Positions 19,671 through 29,808 are shown, counted from the first letter of the stretch. The stretch: 64,000 nucleotides of DNA from a bacterium (GCA_041946805.1 JBHGBC010000005.1:1-64000); one strand, 5' to 3'. Notes: generated from the sequence alone by a model not told the origin. Numbers and translations: made by a program.

Positions 19671-19733
19671 GGATGACGCCTTTCTGCGGAAAACGAATGT
19701 TGCTTGCGCGTACCCCGCCCTTTTTCTTCCCCC

Positions 19734-21248
19734 TCACTTCCCCTCGAATACCATCCCTTCCACAAAGCAATCCTGAAAGCATGGGTCGGCGCTGAGAGAC
19801 ACATGCTCCACCTTCCCGCGCACCGCCTCCAACAACCCCCCCTCCGGCGGCTGGAACAAGGCCATCTTGGTTCCCAAGAGCGAGGTGTTCCCGGCCGAGA
19901 CGATCCGTTCCGGCGGGCAATCCAGCAACCCGATGCGCCGCGCGCTGGCGGGATTCATATAGTTGCCGAAAGCCCCCGCCAGGTAGAGGCGGGATACATC
20001 GGCTTCCGTGGCGCCGAAGCGTTCCAGCAGAATCCGCAGCCCGCCGGCGATGGCCCCCTTGGCCAATTGCAATTGGCGGATGTCGGCCTGGGTGATCCGC
20101 ACCGGCTCCAGAACGGGGATCGCCTCCCGCCCCCCCGCCAGACGGCCGCTGGCGTCGATCCAGCCCAGGTCCAGCGCGGCCGCGGCGGCGTCCACCAGCC
20201 CGCTGCCACAGATCCCGCGCGGCGGGCCATGGCCGATCACCCGGCCGCTCAGCGCGCCGTTCTCGATCCACGCTTCCGATATGGCCCCCGTGGCCGCCCG
20301 CATGCCCATGGAGATCCGCCCGCCTTCGAAGGCCGGCCCGGCGGCGGTCGAGGCGCACAGGATCTTGTCCCGGCCGCCCACGATGATCTCGCCGTTGGTC
20401 CCCAGGTCGATCAACGCCGTCAGTCCGCCGCTCGCGTAAATCCGCGTGGCCAGAATCCCCGCCAACAGATCGCTGCCCACGAATCCCCCCAGGCAGGGCA
20501 AAAACCGCACCGGCGGATTCCCCGGCAATTTCCAGCCCAGCCGCTCCGCTTCGAGCGTCTGCGTCCCGCCTTCCCGCGGCTCGAAGGGAAATCCGGCCAA
20601 CGGCTCGACGTCGATCCCGCAGAAGAGATGATGCATCGCGGTGTTGCCGGCCACCACCACTTCGCGCAGCGGCTCGTCCGACACGCCGCACGCGTCCACC
20701 AGTTCTTCCAGCAGGCCGCCCACCGCCTGGCGGATCAGGATCCGCAGAATCTCCTGCCCCCGCCCGGCCAGCGCAAAATGAATGCGGCTCATGATGTCGC
20801 TGCCGTGCCGCGCCTGAGGATTGAGCGCCGATTTCCCCCCCCGCACCTGCCCGTTGCGGCGGTCCACCAGCTGCGCCACCAACGTGGTGGTTCCCAGGTC
20901 CACGGCCGCGGCGAGGCCCTCGCCGGGGGTGAACTCGAAGGCGGTCTCATCCGCCAGAATGACCGCTTCCCACTGGGCCAACTCCAAGACCAGCGCGCCC
21001 TCGGCCTTCGACTGGCACGCCAGCCGCCACCCTTCCGCCAATTCAGAAGGAGTCAATACGCGGGCTTGTTCGGGCGTGACTGGCAAGGATCCTTGCCGCA
21101 CTTTGATCCGGCAGCCCCGGCAGCGTCCCCGCCCGCCGCAGGGGAACTCCACGCCGTACTCGAACAGCGCGTCGCGCAGCGGCGTCCCCGTCTCGACTTC
21201 CAGAATCTTGCCCAGGGGATGGAGCTCAATCCGGACCCGGTCACTCAT
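19734..21248 (-). CDS. ASKHA-domain reductive activator of corrinoid proteins (RACo/RamA-like, DUF4445) with N-terminal 2Fe-2S
   Basis: CGGRGRCRGC...RLACQ ferredoxin, VDLGTTT, DLGTNGE, STAAGPAFEG, GICGSG and LAGAFG. Confidence 0.92.
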   Translation of the reverse strand: MSDRVRIELHPLGKILEVETGTPLRDALFEYGVEFPCGGRGRCRGCRIKVRQGSLPVTPEQARVLTPSELAEGWRLACQSKAEGALVLELAQWEAVILADETAFEFTPGEGLAAAVDLGTTTLVAQLVDRRNGQVRGGKSALNPQARHGSDIMSRIHFALAGRGQEILRILIRQAVGGLLEELVDACGVSDEPLREVVVAGNTAMHHLFCGIDVEPLAGFPFEPREGGTQTLEAERLGWKLPGNPPVRFLPCLGGFVGSDLLAGILATRIYASGGLTALIDLGTNGEIIVGGRDKILCASTAAGPAFEGGRISMGMRAATGAISEAWIENGALSGRVIGHGPPRGICGSGLVDAAAAALDLGWIDASGRLAGGREAIPVLEPVRITQADIRQLQLAKGAIAGGLRILLERFGATEADVSRLYLAGAFGNYMNPASARRIGLLDCPPERIVSAGNTSLLGTKMALFQPPEGGLLEAVRGKVEHVSLSADPCFQDCFVEGMVFEGK

Positions 21249-22281
21249 GCGGAAATTCCACGTACGCGTCCGGCGCATGGGTGAAGGCATACTCGGCCAT
21301 GGCCCGGACATTGGCTTCCGGCGTGTCGCGGGGCACTTCGCAGCCCGCGCCCACGATATACCGCGGCCCGGCCTGCCGGTGGCACTCGGCGATCCCCCGG
21401 GTGACGTCCTCCGCCGTCCCCTCGCGCAGCACCTGGACCGGATCGATGTTGCCCAGCAACAGCTGCTCCGGCCCCATCGCCTTGCGCGCCTCGTCCATGG
21501 GATTCATCCAGTCCAGGTCGATGATGTCGCTGCCCGTGCGCCCCAGGCCGTCGTACAGTTTCCGGGTTTTTCCGCAGATGTGCAGGCGGACACGGGTCCC
21601 CAGCCCATGCAGCCGGTCCACCAGCTTCTTCTGATACGGCCAGACGAATTCGTTATAGATAGCGGGACCCACCAACGACGACGCGGCGTCGCCCACGCCG
21701 ATCAGGTCCACCCCGGCCTCCACTTGGGCGCGGGCGAAAACGACGGCCGTTTCGATCACGAACTCGAACAAGTCGCGCACGAATCCCGGGTCGTCGTGGA
21801 AATCCAGCATGAGGGTGTTGATCCCCCGCAGGTCGGCCGCCTCGGCGCACGGCCCTTCCACCCACCCCTCGATGATCTTCTCCTTCCCCAGTTTCTCCTG
21901 GAACAGAGCCGCCGCCTGCACGCGGTCGAACATGCGCCCGCCACGGAGCGGATCGGGGACCTGCAGCGACGCCAGCGCGGCCTTGTCCTTCAACCGGGCG
22001 TTTTCCTCGTTGATGGCCGGCGGCTGGTCTTCGAAGAACTGCACGTCCGCCCCCAGGTCGGCCGCCTCGCGCGCGGGATCGGAGATGCACGATACGTAAT
22101 CGAAGCCGAACTTCTCCGCCACATGCGTCTGGGCCTCCACCAGCACCCGGTAATCGGTCACGTAATCTCCATACATCACCCCGCGTTGCGTGGCGGCGAA
22201 CATCATGGTGATCGGCATCAGCGCCAGATGGTCCACCGGCCGGTTCTCCAACAGGGCAAGCCATCGCTCCCGGCTGTTCAT
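21241..22281 (-). CDS. MtaA/CmuA-like methyltransferase (uroporphyrinogen decarboxylase superfamily)
   Basis: EAADLGA, GWVEGP, Zn-ligand pattern LHICG...GAGCE, LLGNIDP. Confidence 0.85.
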   Translation of the reverse strand: MNSRERWLALLENRPVDHLALMPITMMFAATQRGVMYGDYVTDYRVLVEAQTHVAEKFGFDYVSCISDPAREAADLGADVQFFEDQPPAINEENARLKDKAALASLQVPDPLRGGRMFDRVQAAALFQEKLGKEKIIEGWVEGPCAEAADLRGINTLMLDFHDDPGFVRDLFEFVIETAVVFARAQVEAGVDLIGVGDAASSLVGPAIYNEFVWPYQKKLVDRLHGLGTRVRLHICGKTRKLYDGLGRTGSDIIDLDWMNPMDEARKAMGPEQLLLGNIDPVQVLREGTAEDVTRGIAECHRQAGPRYIVGAGCEVPRDTPEANVRAMAEYAFTHAPDAYVEFPHE

Positions 22282-23027
22282 GAGGGCACCTCCTCCCGCA
22301 TCAGGATTTGATCGCTGTACTCGGCCGCCACGCGCCAGCCGGGCGGGACCACCAGATACTCCGGCTCGTCCCACGGGCCGTCCAGCAGCCGCTGGATCAG
22401 CCCCATGTCGCCCGGCGCTTTTTCGAAAGCCCAGCCGCGTTCGGCCGCCATGCGCCGGGCTTCCGCCTCGAACCGCCCATCCGGTTCCAGCCCCATCTCG
22501 ATGAACGTGATCTGCTTGTAATTCCGGGTCATGTCGCCGAGTTGCTCGTACAGATAGCGGGCGTTATCCTCGCCGTAACGGGCCACGAGTTCCTCGAATG
22601 ACTGACTGAGTCCCTGGATTTTCTGAATGGAGATCTGGTGCAGCTCGCCGCTGTCCCTCCCCCGCTCCAGCCAGCCGGTGGTCTCGAAATACACCCCCCC
22701 GTGCGCGTCGAAATAGTGCTGGTAGCGTTCCTTGCTCCCGAAAAAGAGGGTGATGCAATCGTGCGCGCGGGGAATCACCAGGGGGATGGACGGCGCCTTC
22801 AATCCCACCAGGCCGTTGTTGCACAGCCCATAGCCGAGCAAGACGGCCTCGTATTTCGAAACGTCCACGCGCGCCACCGCTTCTTCCAGCCGAGCCAGCA
22901 TTTTTTCACAGCCGATGTCGTGCAAACCCTTGGGCAGGAACTCGACATCCACCACGTTGCGCGAACGGGCCGCCGCGGCGCACATCTCCCGGTAGAAAAT
23001 TTCACAGCTGATCAGTTTGAGCCGCAT
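22278..23027 (-). CDS. DUF1638-family protein
   Basis: KLISC, GLH, LGYGLCNNGL.G, IPRAHDCITLF and YF.T.GWL motifs. Confidence 0.85.
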   Translation of the reverse strand: MRLKLISCEIFYREMCAAAARSRNVVDVEFLPKGLHDIGCEKMLARLEEAVARVDVSKYEAVLLGYGLCNNGLVGLKAPSIPLVIPRAHDCITLFFGSKERYQHYFDAHGGVYFETTGWLERGRDSGELHQISIQKIQGLSQSFEELVARYGEDNARYLYEQLGDMTRNYKQITFIEMGLEPDGRFEAEARRMAAERGWAFEKAPGDMGLIQRLLDGPWDEPEYLVVPPGWRVAAEYSDQILMREEVPS

Positions 23028-23100
23028 GGCGCACCGGATGAGGAAACATTTTTAACGTTGCTCCCGCGCAAGATGACATCCCGCGCCGGTAAATGTCTTT

Positions 23101-23168
23101 CCCCCTCTCCCCCCGGGAGAGGGCCGGGGTGAGGGAATCTATGTAGGGGCGGACCTAGGTGTCCGGCC
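23101..23168 (+). repeat. Composite repeat: family A plus GTAG-type REP (GTAGGGGCGGACCTAGGTGTCCG)
   Basis: Near-identical copies at 24378-24445 and 62209-62275. Confidence 0.85.
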
Positions 23169-23283
23169 GGGTGGCAACTTGGGTCACTTCACCCCGCCGC
23201 CAGCTACCGCCCCGGCACAAAATCCCCCGCCGCCCGCATCCCCGCATTCTCGGGGATAACACCGGTGGCGGATTATCGTTCCC

Positions 23284-24159
23284 TTACATCCCCTCCACCG
23301 CCCGCCTGACCGCCCGGATGAACTCCGGCCCCGTGCCGCAACAGCCCCCGATGAACGACGCCCCGGCTTCCACCAGTTGCGGCACATACGACGCGAACTC
23401 CTCCGGCGTGGTGTGATACACGATCCGCCCGTCCACCACCTCCGGCTTCCCCGCGTTGGCCTTGATCCACACCGGCAATCCGCCCGCCGCCTTGAGCCGC
23501 CCGCAGATGGGCACGAAGCCGGCGATACCCTGCCCGCAGTTCGCGCCGATCACGTCCGCCCCCGCCCCGGCCAGCATCTCCGCCGCCTGTTCGGGCGTGG
23601 TCCCCATCATGGTACGGTCCTTGTTTTTGCCGCTGTCGAACACCATGCACCCCACCACCGGCAGGCCCGTGGCCTTGGCGGCCTGGACGGCGATCCGGGC
23701 TTCCACCGGATCGGACATGGTTTCGATCACGATCCCGTCCGCGCCCCCCGCGGCCAGCGCCTCCGCCTGCTCCTGGAACGCGGACGCCAGTTCGCTCTCC
23801 GTGGTTTCGCCGCTCATCAGCATCTTCCCCGTGGGGCCCATCGAGGCGAAGACCTTGGCTTTCCCCTGGGCCGCGCGCTTGGAAATTTCCGCCCCCGCGC
23901 GGTTGATCTCCGCCGCCCGGTCCGCGAAGCCATAGCGTTCCTGCCCCAACCGCGTCGCCCCGAAGGTGTTGGTGAGGATGATCCGGCTGCCGGCTTCCAC
24001 GTAGGCCCGCGCCACCTCCTCTACCCGCTCCGAATGCGTCAGATTCCAACCGTCCGGCGACAATCCCGGCTCCAGCCCCTGGACCTGCAGCTGTGTCCCC
24101 CACGCGCCGTCCAACACGACGGGCGCCCGGACCAGCAATTCTTCCAAAACAGGATGCAT
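23284..24159 (-). CDS. Stand-alone homocysteine S-methyltransferase domain protein
   Basis: LDGAWGTQL, TNTFGA, ASMGPTG, IETM; Zn ligands GANC and GGCCGT. Start at 24159 inferred. Confidence 0.9.
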   Translation of the reverse strand: MHPVLEELLVRAPVVLDGAWGTQLQVQGLEPGLSPDGWNLTHSERVEEVARAYVEAGSRIILTNTFGATRLGQERYGFADRAAEINRAGAEISKRAAQGKAKVFASMGPTGKMLMSGETTESELASAFQEQAEALAAGGADGIVIETMSDPVEARIAVQAAKATGLPVVGCMVFDSGKNKDRTMMGTTPEQAAEMLAGAGADVIGANCGQGIAGFVPICGRLKAAGGLPVWIKANAGKPEVVDGRIVYHTTPEEFASYVPQLVEAGASFIGGCCGTGPEFIRAVRRAVEGM

Positions 24160-24377
24160 GTTCGTTTGCCTTTTCGCGTATTTTTCGGGGACCGCCGTTC
24201 CCGTTTTCATGGGAAGACACGCAGACGCGCTCCAAGGAGGCAATCCCTGGGGTACTTATGAAACATCTTATATGGCAGGGGCACATTGCCACGTGCCCCC
24301 AACGGATTATGGCCTTGAGAGCGGCTTGACTTAAAAACTTTCTCCGCTCTCTGCGTCCCGGCGGCGCCCTCCTCATT

Positions 24378-24445
24378 CCCTTCTCCCCCTGGGAGAGGGT
24401 TAGGGGGAGGGAATCTATGTAGGGGCGGACCTAGGTGTCCGCCCC
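24378..24445 (+). repeat. Composite repeat, second copy
   Basis: Matches 23101-23168, including the GGGAATCTATGTAGGGGCGGACCTAGGTGTCCG linker. Confidence 0.85.
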
Positions 24446-24461
24446 GTCAGCTACAGCCCCC

Positions 24462-25097
24462 TCACCGCGCCACCAGCTGCCGCGCCAGCATGACCGCCGA
24501 GCGGGCGTTCTCGCCGTACGCATCCGCCCCGATCTCCTCCGCGAACCGCTGCGTCACCGGCGCGCCCCCGATCATGACCTTCACCCGCTCGCGGACCCCG
24601 GAATCCTTCAAAACTTCAAGGGTCTTCTTCATGGCCGGCATGGTGGTGGTGAGCAAGGTGGAAAGGCATACCAAACTGGCGTGTTTCTCTTTTATCGAAT
24701 CGACGAACTTTTCGGGGGGGACATCCACGCCCAGATCGAACACTTCGAATCCGCCCCCCTCCAGCATCGAGGAGACCAGGTTCTTGCCGATGTCGTGCAG
24801 GTCGCCCTTCACCGTCCCGATGACCACCCGCCCCGCCGGCTCGGTCCCACCCGCCGTCAGCAGCGGCCGGATCAACTCCATGGATTTCTTCATCGCCCGG
24901 GCCGACAACAGCAATTCAGGGATGAAATACTCTTCCTCGTCGAAACGCTTGCCCACTTCGTCCATGGCCGGAATCATGTACCGCGTGACCAGCTCCATGG
25001 GATCGGTCTGGTTTCGCAGCGCCTCCTGGGTGACCGTAAACGCCTTGTTCGCGTCCCCGGTGAGTATTGCGTCGTACAGCTCGGACAGGTTGTTCAT
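24462..25097 (-). CDS. Methyltransferase-cognate corrinoid protein (MtaC/MtbC/MttC family)
   Basis: Cap domain plus GTVKGDLHDIGKNLV (DxHxxG), DLGVDV, IGGAPVT..FAEEIGAD; 211 aa. Confidence 0.93.
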   Translation of the reverse strand: MNNLSELYDAILTGDANKAFTVTQEALRNQTDPMELVTRYMIPAMDEVGKRFDEEEYFIPELLLSARAMKKSMELIRPLLTAGGTEPAGRVVIGTVKGDLHDIGKNLVSSMLEGGGFEVFDLGVDVPPEKFVDSIKEKHASLVCLSTLLTTTMPAMKKTLEVLKDSGVRERVKVMIGGAPVTQRFAEEIGADAYGENARSAVMLARQLVAR

Positions 25098-25463
25098 GGC
25101 TTTTTCTCTCCCAATCGCGGATGGGTATCGGTTTATATCCTCAAATCGAATGAAACTCCGGCCTTCACTTCAATCGGCTATATTCGTGGCCCCCACGCCC
25201 CAAGGGAAGGCGAGGCTCCCGCCTTTGTCCCCTCTCCCCCCGGGAGAGGGTTAGGGTGAGGGAAAACCTGACGATAGGTGTACTTACGACTCTTTTTTCT
25301 CCTACGGTTGGAAAAATAATCCTGCCTTCTCCTCGATTTCCGCTTTCGCGGAAATGACATCCCTGGAAAACCGTCATGCAATATTTCCCCATAACCTACA
25401 CGATGCGCCGCGCGATGTCCAGAAACCGGGCGGCCCGGAAGGTTCGCGATGGGATCGGCGGGC

Positions 25464-28118
25464 TTATTTCACCAGCAACGCCAGTTGCCGGCTCAACCGC
25501 TCATGCTCCTGCTTCTCCGCCTCGAACCGCTCCCGCTCCTTCTCCACCACCTCGCGGGGAGCGCGCGCCGTGAAGGCTTCGTTGCTCAGCTTCGTTCCGC
25601 GGGAGGAAATGGCCGCTTCCAACTGCTCGATCTGCTTCCGCAGCCGCTTGATCTCCATCGCCTCCACTTCGGCGGGCCAGAGCACGCGGATTTCACAACC
25701 ATCCACGAGCCCCACCGACGCGGCCGGATGCGGCTCCAGGTCCTTCCCCGCCTGCAAGTCTTCGTTGATGTTCACCAGTGTGGTCATATGCGGGTAATAC
25801 TTCTTCAGGAACGATTCGTCCGGACCGTCCTGGATCTTGAACTCCACCGTCGTGCGGGCCGCGGGGGCGATGCCCAGTTCGCCGCGGATGTTGCGGACGG
25901 TATGGACGATCTTCTGGAATTTCGCCACTTCCGCTTCCAGCGCGCCGTCAAGCAAATCCTCGTCCACTTGGGGATAGCGGGTCTGGGAGATGCTGACCAC
26001 ATCCTCTTCCACCACGCCCAAGGGCTTGAGAAACTGCCAGATCTCCTCGGTGATAAAGGGAACGAAGGGATGCAGCATCCGCAACGCGCGTTCCAACACC
26101 CGGAACGCCATGGCTTTCACCGCCGCCCGCGCCTCGGGATCGGCCCCATACAACCGCGGCTTGATCAGTTCCAGGTACCAATCGCAGTACTCGTGCCAGA
26201 CGAACTGGTACAGGGCTTCCGAGGCCTCGTTGAACTTGTATTCCTCCATCCCCTTCCGGGCGGCGGCCACGGTGCGCTGCAGGCGCGAGAGGATCCACCG
26301 GTTCATCCACTCCAGTTTTTCGGGAGTGATTGGGGAAAGCCGTTCGCCCTCCTCGATGGTGGCCAAGATCAGGCGCGTGGCGTTCCAGATCTTGTTGGTG
26401 AAATTGCGGTAGCCCTCGATCCGTTCCTCGGCCAGGTTGATGTTGCGGCCCTGCGCGGCCAGGATGGCCAGGGTGAAGCGCACCGAATCGGCCCCGTACT
26501 TGTCGATCACGTCGATGGGATCGATGGTGTTGCCCAGCGACTTCGACATCTTGCGCCCCTGGGCGTCGCGCACCAGGGCGGTGATATACACATCCCGGAA
26601 GGGGACGTCCTTCCGGATGTACAGCGCCATCATGATCATCCGCGCCACCCAGAAATAAATGATGTCGTGCGCGGTCACCAGCGTGCTGGTGGGGAAGAAC
26701 TTCTTCAGCTCGGGCGTCTCCTCCGGCCAGCCCATGGTCGAAAACGGCCACAGGGCGGACGAAAACCAGGTATCCAGCACGTCCTCGTCCTGCCGGAGTT
26801 CGCGGCTCCCGCAATGGACGCATTGCTCCGGATCGGTCCGCGGCACGGTCATGCCGCCGCAATCCCGGCAATACCACACGGGGATGCGGTGGCCCCACCA
26901 GATCTGCCGCGAAATGGGCCAGTCGCGCACGTTCTCCACCCACGCGAAATACGTATTTTCCCACTGCTGGGGGATGAACCGCACGCGGCCTTCCCGCACC
27001 GCTTTGAGCGGTTCCTGCATCAAGGGCTTCATCTTGATGAACCACTGCAGCGAGAGATACGGCTCGATGACCGTGTCGCAGCGGTAACAGGCCCCGGTGC
27101 GGTGGTCCAACTCCTCCACTTTCAACAGCAGGCCCTGGGCGGTCAGGTCCTCGATTACCCGCTTGCGGGCGGCGTAGCGGTCCAACCCCTGGTAGGGCCC
27201 GCCGTTGGCGTTGATGGTGGCGTCGTCGTTGAGAATGTTGATCTGCTCGAGATGATGGCGTTTCCCCACCTCGAAGTCGTTGATGTCGTGCGCGGGCGTG
27301 ATCTTGAGCGCCCCCGTCCCGAACTCGCGGTCCACGTACGTGTCGGCGATGACCGGGATGCGCCGCTTCAACAAGGGCAGGATGACGTTCTTGCCCACCA
27401 GGTGCTTGTACCGCTCGTCCTCCGGATGCACGGCCACGGCGGTATCGCCCAGCATCGTCTCCGGCCGCGTGGTGGCGATCACCAGGCGGTCCGATCCGTC
27501 TTCCAGGGGATAGGCGATGTAGTAGAAATGGCCCGTGGCGTCGCTGTATTCCACCTCGTCGTCCGACAGGGTGGTGTGGCACCGGGGGCACCAGTTGACC
27601 AGGTAGTGGCTCCGGTACAGGAATCCATCCTCGTACAGCCGGACGAACACCTCCCGCACGGCGCGCGAACAGCCCTCGTCCATGGTGAACCGCAGGCGGT
27701 TCCAGTCGCAGGAGGATCCCAGGTACTTCAACTGGCGGATGATGGTGCCGCCGTATTCCTGCTTCCACTGCCAGATGCGCTCCACCAGCTTTTCGCGGCC
27801 CAGGTCGTAGCGGGTGAGGCCCTCGTTGGCCAATTGCTTTTCGACCACGTTCTGGGTGGCGATTCCGGCATGGTCGGTCCCCGGCATCCACAATACTTCA
27901 AAGCCTTCCATGCGCTTCCAGCGGCAGAGAATATCTTGCAGGGTGTTGTTCAGGGCGTGGCCGATGTGCAGCTTCCCGGTCACGTTGGGGGGCGGAATGA
28001 CAATGGAATAGGGCGGTTTGGAACTGGCAGGACTGGCATGGAATAGATTGTGCTCCAGCCAGAATTGATACCACTGCTCCCGCGACGCCGCCGGTTCGTA
28101 CCGTTTTGCGATCTCCAT
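25464..28118 (-). CDS. valS: Valine--tRNA ligase
   Basis: PPPNVTGKLHIGH, DEDVLDTWFSS, KMSKS, C-terminal coiled coil. Confidence 0.98.
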   Translation of the reverse strand: MEIAKRYEPAASREQWYQFWLEHNLFHASPASSKPPYSIVIPPPNVTGKLHIGHALNNTLQDILCRWKRMEGFEVLWMPGTDHAGIATQNVVEKQLANEGLTRYDLGREKLVERIWQWKQEYGGTIIRQLKYLGSSCDWNRLRFTMDEGCSRAVREVFVRLYEDGFLYRSHYLVNWCPRCHTTLSDDEVEYSDATGHFYYIAYPLEDGSDRLVIATTRPETMLGDTAVAVHPEDERYKHLVGKNVILPLLKRRIPVIADTYVDREFGTGALKITPAHDINDFEVGKRHHLEQINILNDDATINANGGPYQGLDRYAARKRVIEDLTAQGLLLKVEELDHRTGACYRCDTVIEPYLSLQWFIKMKPLMQEPLKAVREGRVRFIPQQWENTYFAWVENVRDWPISRQIWWGHRIPVWYCRDCGGMTVPRTDPEQCVHCGSRELRQDEDVLDTWFSSALWPFSTMGWPEETPELKKFFPTSTLVTAHDIIYFWVARMIMMALYIRKDVPFRDVYITALVRDAQGRKMSKSLGNTIDPIDVIDKYGADSVRFTLAILAAQGRNINLAEERIEGYRNFTNKIWNATRLILATIEEGERLSPITPEKLEWMNRWILSRLQRTVAAARKGMEEYKFNEASEALYQFVWHEYCDWYLELIKPRLYGADPEARAAVKAMAFRVLERALRMLHPFVPFITEEIWQFLKPLGVVEEDVVSISQTRYPQVDEDLLDGALEAEVAKFQKIVHTVRNIRGELGIAPAARTTVEFKIQDGPDESFLKKYYPHMTTLVNINEDLQAGKDLEPHPAASVGLVDGCEIRVLWPAEVEAMEIKRLRKQIEQLEAAISSRGTKLSNEAFTARAPREVVEKERERFEAEKQEHERLSRQLALLVK

Positions 28119-28684
28119 GATTGGCCTTCGGTTCCTTGCCTTAAAATGAAGTGACGATAAATGGGTAGTATACGAGGCCGGGGGACCGGGGAGAAGTGAT
28201 TGAAACCGGGGGGGCAATCCTCCACCCGCGAACAAACAAACCAACCTGGTGGGAGCTGCCGAACGAGGCTGTTCCCGTGCCGGAGGGATGTGGAAGATTA
28301 CCTTTGGCCTGATTTTCTAATTTTCCCCAGGTTCTATGGAGTTTTTCAACCTTAGCCAAAAATGCCAAGCTGGAACCGATGAACCGATTGGGCGGAGAGC
28401 CGTTATTTCGCCCTTTCCGGGCTTTCCCTCACCCTGGCCCTCTCCCAGGGGATCGGGTGAGGGAAAGCCTTGCGGCCTGTATTCACCGTACGGACTGGTT
28501 GGTTCCCCTCACCCCCGGCCCCTCGGCCATAAAGGAATGAGGGGTGAAGTTCCTGGAGTGGGAACTATTGCGCTTTGCATCCACCTTACTTGCTTTCCTC
28601 CCGCCCCGGATGGATTATGAACCGTCCGGGATTTGCATCCGTGGAAGCTACCCTTGACCTTACGGTTCCCTCGGGTTCCAGGGA

Positions 28685-29581
28685 GTGAAAAACATGTTAC
28701 CAGTCCTATTTTCCGTGAGTTACGCGGGACTGTGGGGGCAACATCGCCTCGATCTGGAAGCGTTCATCCGCAAGGCGGCCGCCCTGGGCTATCCGGCGGT
28801 GGAACTGATGGGCAAACGGCCGCACCTGTCCATTTTGGACGCGGATGACGCGTGGCTCGGTCAAATCCGGGAAACCGCCGCGCGCAACCAGATCGCCATC
28901 GCCACCCTCGCCGGTTATACCGACTTCACCGCGGGCCGGCACGCCGCCGAGGTGCCGTTTCTGGAAATGCAAATCGCCTACGTCAAGGCCCTGGCGCGGG
29001 CGGCCTCCCGCTTGGGCGCGCGGATCGTCCGCGTCTTCACGGGATACGCCACCGCCCGGGAATCCTGCCTGGAGGATTGGGAGAAGTGCGTCCAGGCCGT
29101 CCGGACCTGCGCGGACGTGGCGGAAGAGTATGGAATCCAGCTCGGAGTCCAAAACCACCACGACACGGGGATCGGCTGCGCCGCGTATCTCGAATTTCTC
29201 GACGAGGTCAATCACCCGAACTGCCGGGCCATGTTCGATCCCTGGGCCCCGGCGATCAACGGGGAAGACTATGTCCGCTACGCCGGTATCCTGGCTCCAC
29301 GCATGGCCCAGACCACCTTGGCCGACTATATCCGCCTGCCGCGTTACCAATACCTGCCCGGATTGATCAATTATCAACCCTTGCCGGACCTGATCCGCGC
29401 CGTGCCCCTGGGCGACGGCTTCGTTGATTACAAAGCCTTCTTGACGGCGCTGAAACAGGGCGGTTTCGACGGGTATGTGGCTTACGAAATGTGTTCTCCC
29501 CTCCGGGGCGGCGGCAGCGAGGCCAACCTCGACCGGACCGCCCAAATCAGCCTGGAAAAAATCAAATCCGCCCTGCCTTGA
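28685..29581 (+). CDS. Sugar phosphate isomerase/epimerase (TIM barrel)
   Basis: GYPAVEL, GVQNHHD, MFDPW, PLGDGFVDY...GFDGYVAYE. Confidence 0.8.
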   Translation: MKNMLPVLFSVSYAGLWGQHRLDLEAFIRKAAALGYPAVELMGKRPHLSILDADDAWLGQIRETAARNQIAIATLAGYTDFTAGRHAAEVPFLEMQIAYVKALARAASRLGARIVRVFTGYATARESCLEDWEKCVQAVRTCADVAEEYGIQLGVQNHHDTGIGCAAYLEFLDEVNHPNCRAMFDPWAPAINGEDYVRYAGILAPRMAQTTLADYIRLPRYQYLPGLINYQPLPDLIRAVPLGDGFVDYKAFLTALKQGGFDGYVAYEMCSPLRGGGSEANLDRTAQISLEKIKSALP

Positions 29582-29771
29582 ACTATGCGTATTCAGTATT
29601 TATAAAGTTTTATATAACCTATGGACCCCACCTCCTGCATCCGCGATTGTTACACCCAGCTCGGGGGAGGCGAGATGGAGGCCAACGAGGAACTTCCGGC
29701 CCTGGCAGGGCCGCACCTCCACCAACCAGGATCCAAGCCGGGGAGAAAAAACACCCGTCCTTCAAAAATCA

Positions 29772-29808
29772 ACCGGGGTGAGGGATTTTCCCTCACCCCG
29801 GTCTTTTT
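29772..29808. terminator. Hairpin terminator between convergent genes
   Basis: Perfect 14-bp stem ACCGGGGTGAGGGA/TCCCTCACCCCGGT, with a T-run downstream and an A-run upstream. Confidence 0.7.

Noticed and set aside
18000..25097. Pyrrolysine/selenocysteine read-through or a full Wood-Ljungdahl pathway
   Set aside because: All ORFs are full length without in-frame stops, and there are no mttB, acsB, acsCD, folD or metF genes in the window.
25098..25463. Cobalamin riboswitch upstream of the corrinoid cluster
   Set aside because: I could not find the B12-box or GCCACTG core by eye; the region is occupied by repeats. An Rfam scan would settle it.
25449..28046. Long antisense ORFs (for example 865 aa opposite valS, 684 aa opposite pyrG, 659 aa opposite the glycosyltransferase)
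   Set aside because: Shadow ORFs expected from high GC3 codon bias; they mirror well-supported genes and carry no motifs.
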